A stretch of 64,000 bases of DNA from Adineta vaga (taxonomy: Eukaryota > Animalia > Rotifera): NCBI GenBank assembly GCA_021613535.1, contig CP075495.1, forward strand, positions 9,548,001 to 9,612,000. Direction: 5' to 3'. A model generated the notes under the pieces. That model was not told the origin of the DNA. It saw only the letters and a program-made list of their open reading frames with translations, and searched no databases. The position numbers were made by a program, and so were the translations under genes. Below, one piece after another: positions 29,101-43,500 of the stretch (position 1 is its first letter; the number at the start of each line of letters is the position of its first letter).

Positions 29101-32100
29101 ACGATTTCTAACAGCCTTTTCTTGTTCTATATATTTTCATCATTTCTGCTTCTCTATTCTTATTGATGTTTGTTGTTGTTGTTATTACTCTTGTATGCAT
29201 GAATATGGTACCATTAGCAAACGTCATCTTTATATACTCTTTTGGTTTTTCTATTTTCCTACTAACTGTGTTTTCTTTCGGTGACTATCAATATCATCTA
29301 TCTTATTCTTATTCTTGTGTAAGACAAGTATCATTAAGATACGTCGACTGATATTGTATAGATTCAAATAGATCTCATTAATAATGATTCTTACTGATCG
29401 TTCTCTGTAAGTTAATTTCGTCAATTGTTTTGTTTTCTTTGACTATTATCTTCTTTCTATCAAGTGGACATGAAACAACACGTCGTCGAGGAGTTGATTT
29501 TCCTAGTGATCAATCATCGATGCCAGGTCGATCATCAAATCGACATATGTCTGTTGTTCCTCATGGTTTAATTCATGATCCATTGAGTAGTGCCACCGGT
29601 TCTTTATCAAATGATGGTGATTTTAATCGATCATCTGTTGTTAGTTGTCTTGTGCCGACTAGTATAAACATAGCTGCCAGGTGAGAAAAAAGAAACTTCT
29701 TATGATATTTACATGCATGGAATTGTTTATATTTGTAAGTATGTTATGAATATTTTCTTCTTCTTTAATTCAAAGCAATCATTAGTAATTCATTTATTTA
29801 TCCTAATTATGCTTTAATTTGATATAAATAGACAATCAAAAGAAATTTATAAATGTGAATAGGGAAATCTTTTTGATTTATTTGTATAGAATTCTCTAAA
29901 GGTTTGAATTATTTTCTTTATAAAAAGTATAGAAAACTATGCGATTTAAAATGAGATGTTGTTAAATTTTCGATAATTGTTCGTTTTTTAATCATAGAAA
30001 TTGAAGAATTCTTTTTGGTATTTAGAAAAAATTGTTAAATCAGTTAGATAGAAAGTCTATTTCGTTTTTTATTCTAAAATTAAAATAGAATGAACAGTTA
30101 ATTTGTGATTATTTGAATTCAATTAGATGAATACCTTCAATCAGTGAACTCGTTGTGATCAAGTAGTCAAGTATGTTACTTAAAATAACTTTCTAATCAT
30201 TCTGAAGAGAAAGACAAGAAAACAAGAACTTTTTCTTCTTCTTCTTCTTCTTCTTCTTGTCGATGCGAAAAAACCTATATTTATATGTCCTTGTTTAAGT
30301 AACGTCGTTGTCATCGTTTATCCAATATCGGTCTTATCAGACAAAGTTCTCGATGTGGAAATAATTGGAATGAAGTATATAGCAGATAGATACAGATCTA
30401 TATCATAAAAATAGAAGCATAAAATTTTCCTGTAATTTATTTATCTTTAAGAGAATTTTGACATGATCAACAGAATAAAAACTTCAATTGTCACCCCGAG
30501 AATACGTAAAATCTCCAGTTCGAGTAGTCTTTTGCTTGCATGATGAATTAACATATGTGTGTAATGGGAGAGGAAAAGAAAGAAAATGTTGATAGTTGTT
30601 TGTAACTGTTTCTTTTTCCTGTCTTCTCGCATCTATGCATGCAAGAACGAAGGCAATTGTACTACTGCTGTTGGTGTTACTGCTATTTCAAGCAGATAAA
30701 TCATTACATATGTTTCCATTGTTATTATGCTAAATCCTATTTTATCGATGGGAAATATTTCATAGAACAGCAATTCATGCTGTGAGTAATTTTATTCTAA
30801 TTAACTAAGAGTAAAAGAAATTGGTTATTTTCAAAAGTAAAAAATGAATGAATCTATTCTAGGGCATTTTCACGACAACTTGATGAAGAATTAACACACG
30901 AAGAACAATTGCAAATATCGAAACATCCAGATTTTGAATCAACTGAACGTGTCGTTATTAATGTTTCTGGTTTAAAATTTGAAACACAATTACAAACATT
31001 AAACAATTTTCCTCGAACATTACTTGGTAATCCATTACGACGTGTGCGATATTTTGATCCATTACGTAATGAATATTTTTTTGATCGAAATCGACCAAGT
31101 TTCGATGCTATTCTATATTATTATCAATCAAATGGTCGATTAAGACGACCGAATCATGTTCCTATTGGTAAAGATAAACAGCTGTATATGAATAAAATTG
31201 CGAAATTTGATTGTCTTTTTCAGATGTTTTTACTGAGGAAATTAAATTTTTTGAATTAGGTGAAGATGCTTTTAATAAATTTCGTGAAGATGAAGGTTTT
31301 ATTAAAGAAGAAGAACGAATTTTACCTAAGAAAGATATGCAACGAAAAATTTGGCTTCTATTCGAATATCCTGAAACATCACAATGGGCACGTGTTATTG
31401 CCATTATATCTGTTACTGTTATTCTTATGTCAATCGTCATATTTTGTTTGGGTATATTATGTTTTGTTCAACAAAAAATTAACAATAAATGTTGTCATTT
31501 TTTTATCTTATATTTAGAAACACTTCCAAAATTTAAACGTTATCGTGTACGACCGGCTGATAATGCAACATATGATTCTTCTCGTTTAACAATTGAAGAA
31601 GATGATATTCCTGAATTAACCGAACCATTTTTTATTATTGAGACATGTTGTATTGTTTGGTTTTCATTTGAATTAATTGTTCGTCTTGTATCATCTCCGT
31701 TGAAACTTGTCTTTCTTAAATCAATGATGAATATTATTGATATCGTTGCTATTGTCCCATATTTCATCACATTATTTACGATTCTAGCTGAAGAAAAAAC
31801 GAAATCGAATCAAGCCATGTCATTAGCTATTCTACGTGTTATTCGTCTCGTTCGAGTTTTTCGTATTTTTAAATTATCCAGACATTCAAAAGGTTTACAA
31901 ATCTTAGGTCAAACATTACGTGCAAGTATGCAAGAATTAGCTCTGTTAATATTTTTCCTATTTATTGGTGTTATATTATTCTCGTCGGCTGTTTATTTTG
32001 CTGAACAAGGCGAACCGGAATCATTTTTTAAATCGATACCAGATGCATTTTGGTGGGCAATGATAACAATGACAACGGTATGATGATGATGTTTTCTTCG

Positions 32101-32647
32101 TCTATTAACAATCCTATTTGATTTTCTTTAGGTTGGCTATGGCGATATGCGTCCAGTTGGTATATTTGGTAAAATCGTTGGATCAATGTGTGCTATTGCT
32201 GGTGTATTGACAATTGCTTTACCAGTGCCTGTTATCGTCTCTAATTTTAATTATTTCTATCATCGAGATATTGATTCAGAAGAACAGAAGGATATTAAAT
32301 ATACAACTAATGTTAATAGTTCAAGTCCAACAGGTGGTGATATGCCTAATGATCCGTTTGCCTTAACCATGTCAACAAGTGTTGGTGGTCAAAAGAAAAA
32401 ATCGATTTCATCATCAGATACTTGCCATCATTTAGATGAATCTGATACATTTCTTCAATCATATTCAGCTGCAGATGAACAAACATTTCGTTCATCCATA
32501 GCCAATCATAAAAATAGTAGAACATCTCCAACACAACAATTAATTCAACGAAAAATCTCATCACCCATCAATAATTATAATAATAATAATAATAATACTA
32601 TTTTAACGTCATCGAATGAACCATTAAATGTTGAAACAGACGTATAA
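26125..32647 (+). CDS. Shaker: Shaker/Kv1 voltage-gated K+ channel; constant exons 30863-32647 plus alternative 5' exons from 26125
   Basis: T1 domain [15 protein letters not shown]...[21 protein letters not shown]4 [23 protein letters not shown], pore TMTT/VGYGD split by an intron, PVP hinge, C-terminal PDZ ligand ETDV. Confidence 0.96.
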
Positions 32648-33873
32648 TGTTGTTGTTATCCGTCCACCCGGTATCCTCTGTGGTTAGTAATATCCCTTTG
32701 TTTAAATTTTAACTTGTCATCAACTATTCAATTCATTTACCGTTGATTCGTTCGACTAAATAATATGTTCAGATAAATTTTATTCGTTCGAATTTTGTTT
32801 GAAAATTAAAGATAAAGATAACGAGAAGAAATCTATACATAAATAAATATATTTCAATGTTGCATTTTTTTTTCTTTCTTTCTTTCTTTTCTCTCTCTCT
32901 GTATTTTCAAAACAGACGAAAATTTCATTCATAAATCAAACAGAAGAGTTAACCCTGTGTTTTTCTTTTGTAATATGTTTTCTTTTCTTTTCTTGTCTAT
33001 TGAAAAAAACAAACAAATGGAATTCTCATGTATTCTTTTTGCGCTCGTGTATATTTATGAATGTCATTAATACAGTTGCTCGTCAATCAAATAATTAAAC
33101 TAAAAGAAAAGCATTCATTTAATGATATTACTTCGAAACAATAGAAAAAACATTTTGACATTTGTCATTGTGATTTAGAAATATAATATCCAATTTCTAG
33201 ATTAGAGTATCATTCTAAGTTTGTTTTTCTTATTTATATTATTCGTAAGTGATATATTTTTTTATTCACATTACAATCCATGTAAACTTGAATTAGTTCT
33301 TTTGATGAATAATAGGGGAGAAAAAAAAGCTAGCTACTGTATTTATCTCAACGGAAATCATGCAAGATAGGAGATAGTTATATTCTCAGCTTGATTAATC
33401 TCGTGTCTGTAAAAAAAGACTATCTTTAATTTTTAACAAGGACTAACTTTTGTTTACAGATATGATTATCATTAATGAACGATATCGAGATTTATTTTTC
33501 ATAAAAATAAATTCTCTATACAAATTGTATATATATATATATATATATTCATTCTTATTTGTAACTGTCAAGAAGTAAATAGGATGATTTACGATCTTTT
33601 TAACAGTCATTAATTATCTTGACAGATGAAGAGTATTTATCTGTATAAGGTCATATAATAGTATAAGTTTAATGATATGCTCATGTAAATCGTCAATAGT
33701 ATCACTGCTTACAGATGTCATATTCTTATCGTATGATGAATTCATCTTGTTAGATAATTAACATGTCTAGAAAAATGTTCTTATTCTTAATAAACTCCGA
33801 ACATTTCAGATAATAGATTTTCAATTGATTGCTTTGTTTGAGAAAGCATAAGAATTAATCATAGTTTTTTTAT

Positions 33874-34335
33874 TTACAAAACAGAAATTTCATCATATTG
33901 TTCATAATCTTCATTTGCAAATTTTTCTAATCGTTTTGTACCGATTTCATCAAGAATTTCTTTTGGAAATTCATGTCGATATTTTGAAACACATTTTAAA
34001 CAAAATCTTCGTGTATAGAATAAACTACAATCTAAATGTACACATATTGGACATGAACAAACTGAACATATTGAACCAATGATAACTGAAGATAATTTCG
34101 ATTGACCATCTTTATCTTTATCTTTATCTTTAATTGCAATAAATGGATCACGAAGTAGATAGACTTTTTCAAGTAAATTAATTACTAATGCTGGATCTTT
34201 TTTATTTCGAGATTGTTGTGTTGTAGGTAGATTGGAATCATCAATATATTTCGAATCATATCGATCATATGCAGCATAAAATGGACAAAGAGAACATTGA
34301 AAAACGTTTGGTTCATTTGTTTCGTCGTCAGTCAT
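33874..34335 (-). CDS. CDPF1: Cysteine-rich DPF motif domain protein
   Basis: FQCSLC...EKVYLLRDPF...GSICSVCSCPIC...CSLFYTRRFCLKC...FPKEI. Confidence 0.88.
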   Translation of the reverse strand: MTDDETNEPNVFQCSLCPFYAAYDRYDSKYIDDSNLPTTQQSRNKKDPALVINLLEKVYLLRDPFIAIKDKDKDKDGQSKLSSVIIGSICSVCSCPICVHLDCSLFYTRRFCLKCVSKYRHEFPKEILDEIGTKRLEKFANEDYEQYDEISVL

Positions 34336-34555
34336 CTGAAATGAATGATGACTTAATTTTAATCGCTCATTGATTTCCTTCGAATAAAAGTTTTATAATT
34401 TGAATAGACGAGAAAAAGAAAAGCAAGACATTTTATTACAAAAATAAACATAAGATATGAATTGTCTGAAGAATTTCAAATAAATTACACATTATACTAA
34501 GACGAAATAAAATATCACAAGTTAGAAAATTGCAAATATTTAAGTTATTTTTTCT

Positions 34556-37500
34556 CTATGTATCTTTTCGACGTTTGAATTGAGCTATGAGATCCTAAAT
34601 AATGTCAAAAAAAAAAACAAACATTTGATTTCTAGTTAAACGTATTGATGAATGTTTACTTTGGAAATTTTTGTTCCAAGAACAAGTTTCATTTTATTTT
34701 TCTGATCTTCTTCATCTTGTTCACTTGTACTCAAAATTTCATTTGGATTCATTGGATTTGAATTGTATAAAAGTGTATTATTCGTTGATCCATTTCTTCC
34801 TCCCATCGTAGTTGTTGCTAATAACTGTTGATTTTGTGCTCGAGTTGATTTGCCAATAAATGGTAATCTTAAATTAATATTTTGTCGAATTGCTTGTGAT
34901 AATAAGACTGTTTTAACATCAGATTTAATTGCAAGAACAAGATCATGCCAACTACATGTTAAATTTCGATATTCAAGTGTTGGAAATGAAATATGAGCAT
35001 TTTCTAAATCACCAATTTTCTTCTCTTTGGTACCCTAGAATAACAAATCACGAATAAAATCAATGAAATTAAAGAAAAGTCTTACTCGTATTTTATATGA
35101 AACAATTAATGATACTTCAGGAATTTTAATATATTGAAATGTTAAGGTATTCTTTGCACGTTTTTCCATTGCATCAAGATCTCGAATACTGAAGTAGAAT
35201 AAAGATCGTCCAGCTAATAATTCTTCTTCACCCTGAAAAGGAAATATTTTCGTTTATTTTTCTAAATATTTGTATGAATAAGATTATTAAAATTAGATCT
35301 GTGAGTAACCCAACATACACACACGCACACACACACACAAGAGATGTAAGAAAAAGTAGTATGAGATGAAGAAGTTTGATGTGCGTGTAGTGAACCACAT
35401 TTTGAAGTATAGATAAAAGAAAATAATACCCATCGAATATCGTTCGAAAAACGACGACTGAATCGACGTAACATGCCCTATAGAAGTAAATAGTATCGAC
35501 GAATCTTATTCTTCTTTTTCTGTACACCATAATATTCAATTTGAACAGATGAACGAAAAGAAAAAAAAAGGAATTAAATTATCTCACTTCAGTTGATCTT
35601 GCTCGTCGTTTGGTTGAATTCGATGTTGTATGTTTCATCGATGATTTATTTGATCGTTGTTGAAGATCAGAATTTTGTTGTGTCTTATTTGGAAAAAGAA
35701 ATGTCATCAACATTATAGAAAATCGACGAGTCATTTGTATAACAAGTGGAGCAACATTGATTTCTATAGAAAATAGAATTGATCAACATATATAAATCGA
35801 TCTTTTCCCCTCTTTTTACCAAGATGCTCTTTAACAGCTATTCCACCAACCGATTCTCCTTCTTTACAATAAACACGTATCATTGTCTGTTGTTGTTGAC
35901 AATTTGATGTTAAAATTGTTCGATAACGATCATCAGGTAATAAATTATCAACTTGAGCTTGACCAATGCTGACTGAATGTTCATTAGTACCATTTTCGAA
36001 ATAACGTTTCGTATATCTTCAAGAAATCAAAGATGTTTTTTTTTCATTCTTGCAAACAACAAAAATGCTTCTTACAAAATATTTCTTAATAAAAATTGTG
36101 CATTCGTGATTTGTCCATCATCATGTTTAATAAACCAAGTTATTGAACCACCATGAAGTTCATATCGTCGTTCTAATCGAGCAGTTTTATTACCTAGAAA
36201 GAATCGATAAAATCAAGTTACAAAAACAAGTTCAAAACTGACTTGTTGCAGCAATTCTTAATTTCACTAATCGTGCTAATTGCATATCTTTATAAACTGC
36301 ACACATCATGCCTAGATTTTCTGCTAATTCATTTAATTCAACTTTAACAGAACTATAAGATGCTTGTAATTGTTCATGTTCGTCAGCAGTAAATGAAACT
36401 GCACGTTCTCGACCAGTACCATCTTCTTCTTCGGATGAATATGAATTTCTAAAACGAAGAAAAAAGAAAGTTCTCTTTTGACAAATAAATATTCATTTAC
36501 TTACATTAGATTGTTATTTGCTCGACTGAAATAATAAATTTCTCGTTCAAGTCTTCTTAATTCAGCTAATGTTGATCTATAAAAGTATCATATTTTGTAC
36601 ATGGAAAATGAATCGATAGTTAATTTGAAATAGATTTTACCTAACACGTTCTAGTAGATGGCGAATATTCTTTTGTAAAACAGGAAGATTATTCGCTAAC
36701 TGAATTTTTAAACGAAGTTTTCGTAATTTGTTATTTGCACCCTAAAAGAAAGATTTACAATCTTATTGATTACCAAAAAATTTACCTCTTTTTTAGGTTC
36801 AACATAAAGAAGTAAATTATTGACAATATCCATAATTGTACGATATTGTAACTAAATAGAAGAACATAGATAAACGATTTTTTTTTCAACTAAATCAAAA
36901 CTTACTGAATTTGTAGAAAGTTGAATATCATTATGAATAAATGTTAAAGAATCCACAAGTAAACGATCATTTTCACCAATAGGATTCAATTCATTGATAG
37001 ATGGTTTTGTAAATGGCTAAAACAATCAAAATGTATTATTCAAACAAAACTAGATAACCGTGGTCTCTCATTATTTTCTAAATACCGGAATAACAATATT
37101 CGTCTCTGTTTCTTCTTCTTGTTGCGTTTGTTCAGTATAAAATACATAAGATAAAGTTGCATTTGATTTCGATATAATACATTGAAGTTGTTGATCACCA
37201 CAACCATCATTTGTTGCTATACTTCCAACGACACTTCGTGATGATTCACCTAGAAGAGAATTTTCATCACGAATATCACGTCGTGGAATCCAAATAATGT
37301 CATCATCTGATGTTTGTAAGATCGACGATGGATTATTCGTATTTGCAGTTGTTGTATCTGATGATGAAACTGTTGTTGCAAAATATTGCATACCTTGAAG
37401 ATCAACATGCCAAGATGTTTTATCGCATAATTGTTGATCACGCCATACAGGTATGTGACGATATTGATCAACTAATGCATTGGTGGCAGATAAAATCACA

Positions 37501-40500
37501 TAACCACGTGATTCAATACCACGCAAAGCAATCTGACTATCAGCTAATTCAATATGTAAAGTATGTTCTTCGACATCATCTTTCGTACATTGACGAAGAC
37601 CAACTAAGGATACAGATGCATCAACAGTCTATAAAAGAAAATAAAAATCATTCAATAAAATGAAGGATTTTTATTGAGAATGATACTAAAGAGTATAGAG
37701 TTTTATTTCGCTTGTTTTTGAAGATGTAATTAGTAGTACATATTAATCGAATATTATCGAGATATTAGAACAAAATCATTCGTTTTGGCTATATTTCTAG
37801 TCAATAAATAGAATAGATACGTTCATGTTAGTAATGACTAGTTAAAAGCTATATATCTGAAAATTAATGTACTGATGCAATTTAGGATTGTTCATGCGAG
37901 ATTAAAGCTAATAGTATCACCTTGTTTATACTGTCTCTAGTTTTCTAAATCCATTCTGAGTTACATTAATAGCATAGATAAAGGATATTCTCCATTGTTA
38001 TTCAACGTGCAATCTTAGAACAATTCTAATAGCATGTCTTGTAACGGGAAACATATGCTTAACTGAAATGACATCATAGATGCAGATATCTACAGTTACC
38101 AAAGTACTAAGCTACTAGATTAGACGTAATACGTTATCCATTGAATAAGATTAATATAAAATATTCAACTAATGCATAGATACATACCGGATCAGGATCG
38201 ACACTTGCTCGATGTTGACTTTCATTAATAAGTTGATCAAGGAAAGATGCTAATGTTGATGGTTGTGATGTTGTTACATTTGTTACTCCATTTATTGTTG
38301 TTGTCACTGTTGTTCCTGAATTTGAAGTCGATTCATCTGTAATTGTTGATGTCATATTTGTACTATCATCTGCTGGTGAATAATCTGAAGGTGTAGGAAG
38401 AGTTTTTTCTTGTTGTAAATGATCAAGTTCTTTTGCAAATGGATTAGAAAGATTTGATCGAAGAATGTTATTTCGACGATAACGTTCATAAACAAGAAAA
38501 AGTGTTCGACGATTTGTTAAATTCCAAACGGCTTTCAATTCCTCGATTAATACTGTATGTGTACTACTTTTACTACTTGTTGATGGCGATCGTATATAAA
38601 TCAGACTATCTAAACTCAGAAAAAATGTTCGCTGCTGTTGGGATTCTTGTGGATTATCATCTTTCGCAGTTGTTGTTGTTGTTGCTGCTGCTGCTGTTGT
38701 TGTTTCATTGATTTCTTTATCCTCATTTGCATCTCTTAATAACCACGTTTGTGCACGTTTTAAATTGACATTCATCATTTTAGGTTTCCATAGAATGTTT
38801 GCACGTCGTGCTAAACCATCATGATGATCAATTAGATGTAATTCTTGATAGGTAACAAAATTGAATAGTTGACAATCAACTTGAGCACCTGTTTGACGAG
38901 CAAATGATGTTAAATATTTTACACGAAATTGTGGAAGAATTAATTGTAATTCAGCTGCTTGATAATGACGAGAAAGTAAAGGTTTACGTGGTGGAACAAC
39001 TGTTTCACCAATTGGTAAAAATAATGGTCCACGACGAGTTGGTCGAGTAATAGACATCATAGTATTCTATTTGAATGAATAAAAATAGGTAACAAAAAGA
39101 AAAGTAGAAATAGCATTGCTTCTCACTTTCACTCGTTCACAAAATCGAAGTGTACTAGCGTAAATCGTACATGTCGGTGGTGTTTCACCTTTTGGAACAT
39201 CTTTACATTCAAATTTTGCTGTTGCATTCAAATGATGTGAACGATAAAGAGCATAAGAATCATGTGGCTAGAAAATACAAATTCTTCTATAGAAACAATC
39301 AAGATAAATATATGATATATGTGTGATCAGAAATTTTATCTGACATCATGGATGTATATCAGACTGACTTATCAATATAAAAATGACATCATATCACACA
39401 TGTCGGAAAGGAAGATTTGAACATGAGTAGTTCGAATTCAACTATCGAAAGGCCATTCAACTAAATTTACTTTCTCTATTCCCCATGAATTAACTGCATT
39501 TCGTGTATACAAGCGAACAGCATGATGATCATTTGGATTACCAGCACATAGCCAATTGATAGATATTCTATTTATACAAAAAAAAATGAATAAATTATCA
39601 AGAAAAGAATTCTATTTTTGTAAACCTTGTATCAACATTGGGTAAATAGAGTAAACAACAATCATCATATTTTGAACTCGTTCGTAATTTAATTGAAAGA
39701 CTTGATGCTTGATATATAAATTTTCCATTTGTCCAATCAACATACGCTTGATCCCAGAACCATTCCATTTCTTCGGTATCATTATATGGACTTGAAGCAA
39801 CATGATATAGCCAAGACATTTTATTTGCTGCAAATGACCAACGTCCGTGAAGATAAAGACGAATTTTATCCCACCAAGGAAGTAATGGAGAAGGATCTAT
39901 TGTGCGAGGAGTAATACTATTCATACATAAATTTACTTGGGCCATTGTATTTTCCCACTAGAATGAAAAAAAAAAGATATTGTTATGAATAAAATAATGA
40001 TAATATATGAACTTACAGCTGGTCCATAGGAAATGAGAAAAGAATCAATATCCGAATTGATATCATGATAAAATTTTAATGGTGAAAGAAGACGTTGTAC
40101 TTGAAAGCCATTTGATAAATATGGTTCTCCAATTTCAACTGATGGTGTTCTTATTGACTCTAATGTATCCGGTGTGACTTCTGCTGCACAGATATGTCCC
40201 CATAGATGAAATTGTTGCATTTGCCATAATGGTTGTCGAAAATCTCGAAAATGTATGGACCATTCATCACATCTTAATATCACATAACGACACCATATTG
40301 TACATAAATCACTAGTTGCCATTGGAATTTGTGTACTTTCGGAATCAATGTGATGTATAATATTTAAAATATTTTCTTTTCCTGTCCATGATTGATCAGC
40401 TAATGCAGTTAAATCAACTTGTCTTAAATGCCAACGTATTAAATTACGTTTAATACGTTGACTATTTTCATCATAATTCGTTTTTTGACTACGTTGTACA

Positions 40501-43500
40501 TAAACTTTTGAACTTGCTTCCATTAAAGCTCGTTTGATTTCATTGACATTATTCAATGGTTGAGATATACGTTCAGATTCATCAATACGCTGTTGAAGAA
40601 CTTGTTCACGTAATTCCCGCTCTTGATATTCATCCGCCATTAACTAATCAGAACCAACAGAATATTTATTTCTCATTTCGGAAAAAAAATATATAAAATG
40701 ATAACTTACACAATAATTTTGAAATAATTTCACTTCAAATAAATCATCTGTAATAGTTAATTCAAAATCCTACGTAAATAAAAGAGAACAAAGTTCGAAA
40801 AGAACTAGAAAATGTCTCGCAAGCTTACATTAACTTTAATTGATAGATCTGTCCAAACATCATTCGAAATTGTATGTCGAGGAATGTCATTGAGAAAATT
40901 CGATGACATATCACCATTATTATTATGAATACGTTTTAACCATTTACGAATATTTACTAACTAAAAATTTCCAATAGAAAACGTTTTTGTTTAATAAGAA
41001 ATATATTTCTCAAATTGTAATATTGACCTTTTCAACAACTTCATTGAATGTCGAATCGAAAGGAAAACGAATAGAAAATGAATTGATTTGAATTAAACTA
41101 GCTCGATTATGAATCATATCAAGTGTCGTAATTGTTTTCTTCAATAATAATCGTTCAGTTGTTAAACTTTCTGATTGAATTAAACGTGTAAATAAAATAT
41201 TCTAATATCAAGAAAGAAAAGGTGAGTGCAAGATTTTCTTTTCCTATAAAAACAAAACATTACATTGACCAAAAAGATACATTGTTGTTGACAATCGATC
41301 ATTAATTGAGAACATTTCATTTCCATTTGTATAACATTATCATATAAACGTTGACGTATCAAACGAGCAGAAAATTGATGAAGTTCCAAATGAATCCTTC
41401 AAATTTAATAACACGATACAATACAATAAAAATAAAACGAGACTCAAATCCTTGCTGTAGTGATCAAAGTAGAATACTTTTTCATGAATAATAAAACTAA
41501 AACTAAACATTTCATATACCTGTAATCATTTGATAATTGTAAATAAACATGAGCACATGCATCTATTTCAAATTGAATATTATTCTTCGATGTCCGTAAT
41601 GTATTATCATTATCATTCGTAGTATTTGATTCCGACGGAATTTTCTCTTCATATGATTTCAATGATGCAACATAACGATATAGAAATAGATGTAATTTAG
41701 TCGACCATACTAATGTAATATCATGTGGAATAGATATTTTTATCGTTGAATTTGTCTACAAAGTAAATATATCATTCAATTTGGAAATCAGTATATACAT
41801 ACTCGTTGATATTGAATATTCAGACGGCGAAGATCAAGTACTTTTTGACCTTGTATCAATGAAGTTAATGGCTAAAAATCAAAAATAATATGTTCGAATA
41901 TGTTCAAGATGAAAGACTACGAACTATATTATTTGTTGGTTGATTTTGAAAGAATGTTGCCAATTTTTTCATATTTATCTGTGTTCGACTAGCAGAAACC
42001 GATGATATAGAAAGATATAAGTATACTAAAAGAAAATATCAATAATTTAACTTTTCTTCTATGTGAATTTTTATATACCTGGTAAACTATCACAAATTAC
42101 TAATGAAATCGTTTTCATTTGTAATGATAAATCAATAGAACGATTTGATTTTAACTGTGATTTTGTTGATGAATTTGATCGAATAGTTTGAAAACGTTTT
42201 AAAAGATTGAATAAAATCTGATTAGATTGAACACGTAATCCATTGATATCAGATTGAATCTGTATTATTTGATTCATTAATATCTATATAAAGAAAGAAA
42301 TTGATTATGAAATTCTATCTCTTTAATTTTCCTTACAGTAAAACTGGCATTTGGAAGGCTAAATAAACAATTCCAAAGATGTTTCTTATCAAGATCATCG
42401 ATGATTGATTGTGAAAAGATACTATCAGTATTAGTGACATTATCGGATGTATATATCAGCATATTTTTTAATTCAATCAATGATCTAAAGTAAAATACAT
42501 AGAAAAGAAAGTTTTTCATATTTTAATTTTTCAATACTTTGTTTCAAAATTTTGATTGGAATGAAATATAAGTTTTGAAAAAGTCATTTGCCAAATAAGA
42601 TATTCGTTTATATCAAGCATTTGAAAACGAATCGCAGGTTTTAAAAATTGGAATGATAAATCAATTTGTCGATTGAATTTCCAAGAACTAAAAAAATAGA
42701 ATGTATTCAAAGAAAAACTAAACATTTAGATTAACCTGTTCGACGACGACGACGATGATGCTGATGACCGGGAAGATAGTAAAGTATACAATTGTTCAAT
42801 AGTTTGTTCATGTAAGTGAATATTGAATTCATTTAATTGACATGCAATGTCAAGACGAACAGGATATATCTGAGAAAAAGATAACGTGCATAGAATTCAG
42901 TTGTAAGCTAGAACGCTCTAAATTAGTAATCTTTTATTCTATGAAGAGTAATTCTCTTGAGATAGATTTTTATCTTATTATTTCAAAAAGATATATTTAA
43001 CTTTGACTTGCATGACAAAGATATAAACTTGACATACGAAATCAATGAAGTTTTTTTTTAAAGGAATGTTCAATACGAGTTAAATCGAACTTACTGTTAG
43101 TTGACATAGACCATTGATGAGAAGTGTCGAATGAGAATGAAGTCGAAAATTAGTAATATATGCATGTCGTGTTTCGGAAGATGTTTTCGAAGAATTATGA
43201 AATGAAAAATGAGCAGTATCAAGACTATGATAATAACGAGTTTTATCTCTAGATAAATAAATTGAAAAATGAAAATTAGAGAAACTTTCAATGAAAACAT
43301 ACTCAGTTGTATATTGAATATCAAAATATTGAATAGATATATTAAGAAATGGATTATGAAGAAATTCTAACCATTGATCAAATTTGTTAAAGAAATTATT
43401 CGATTGTGTTGGTGGAGTTACTGATAATAGATTTGGATCTACATAACGAAAATTTGATATTCGTTGTTGTTCTTGGATGGTAGATTGAACTTGTTGTTGT

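Noticed and set aside
29702-29734. Possible extra Shaker first exon ([11 protein letters not shown], then gtaagt)
   Set aside because: No ATG gives phase 2, so it would not join the constant exon in frame
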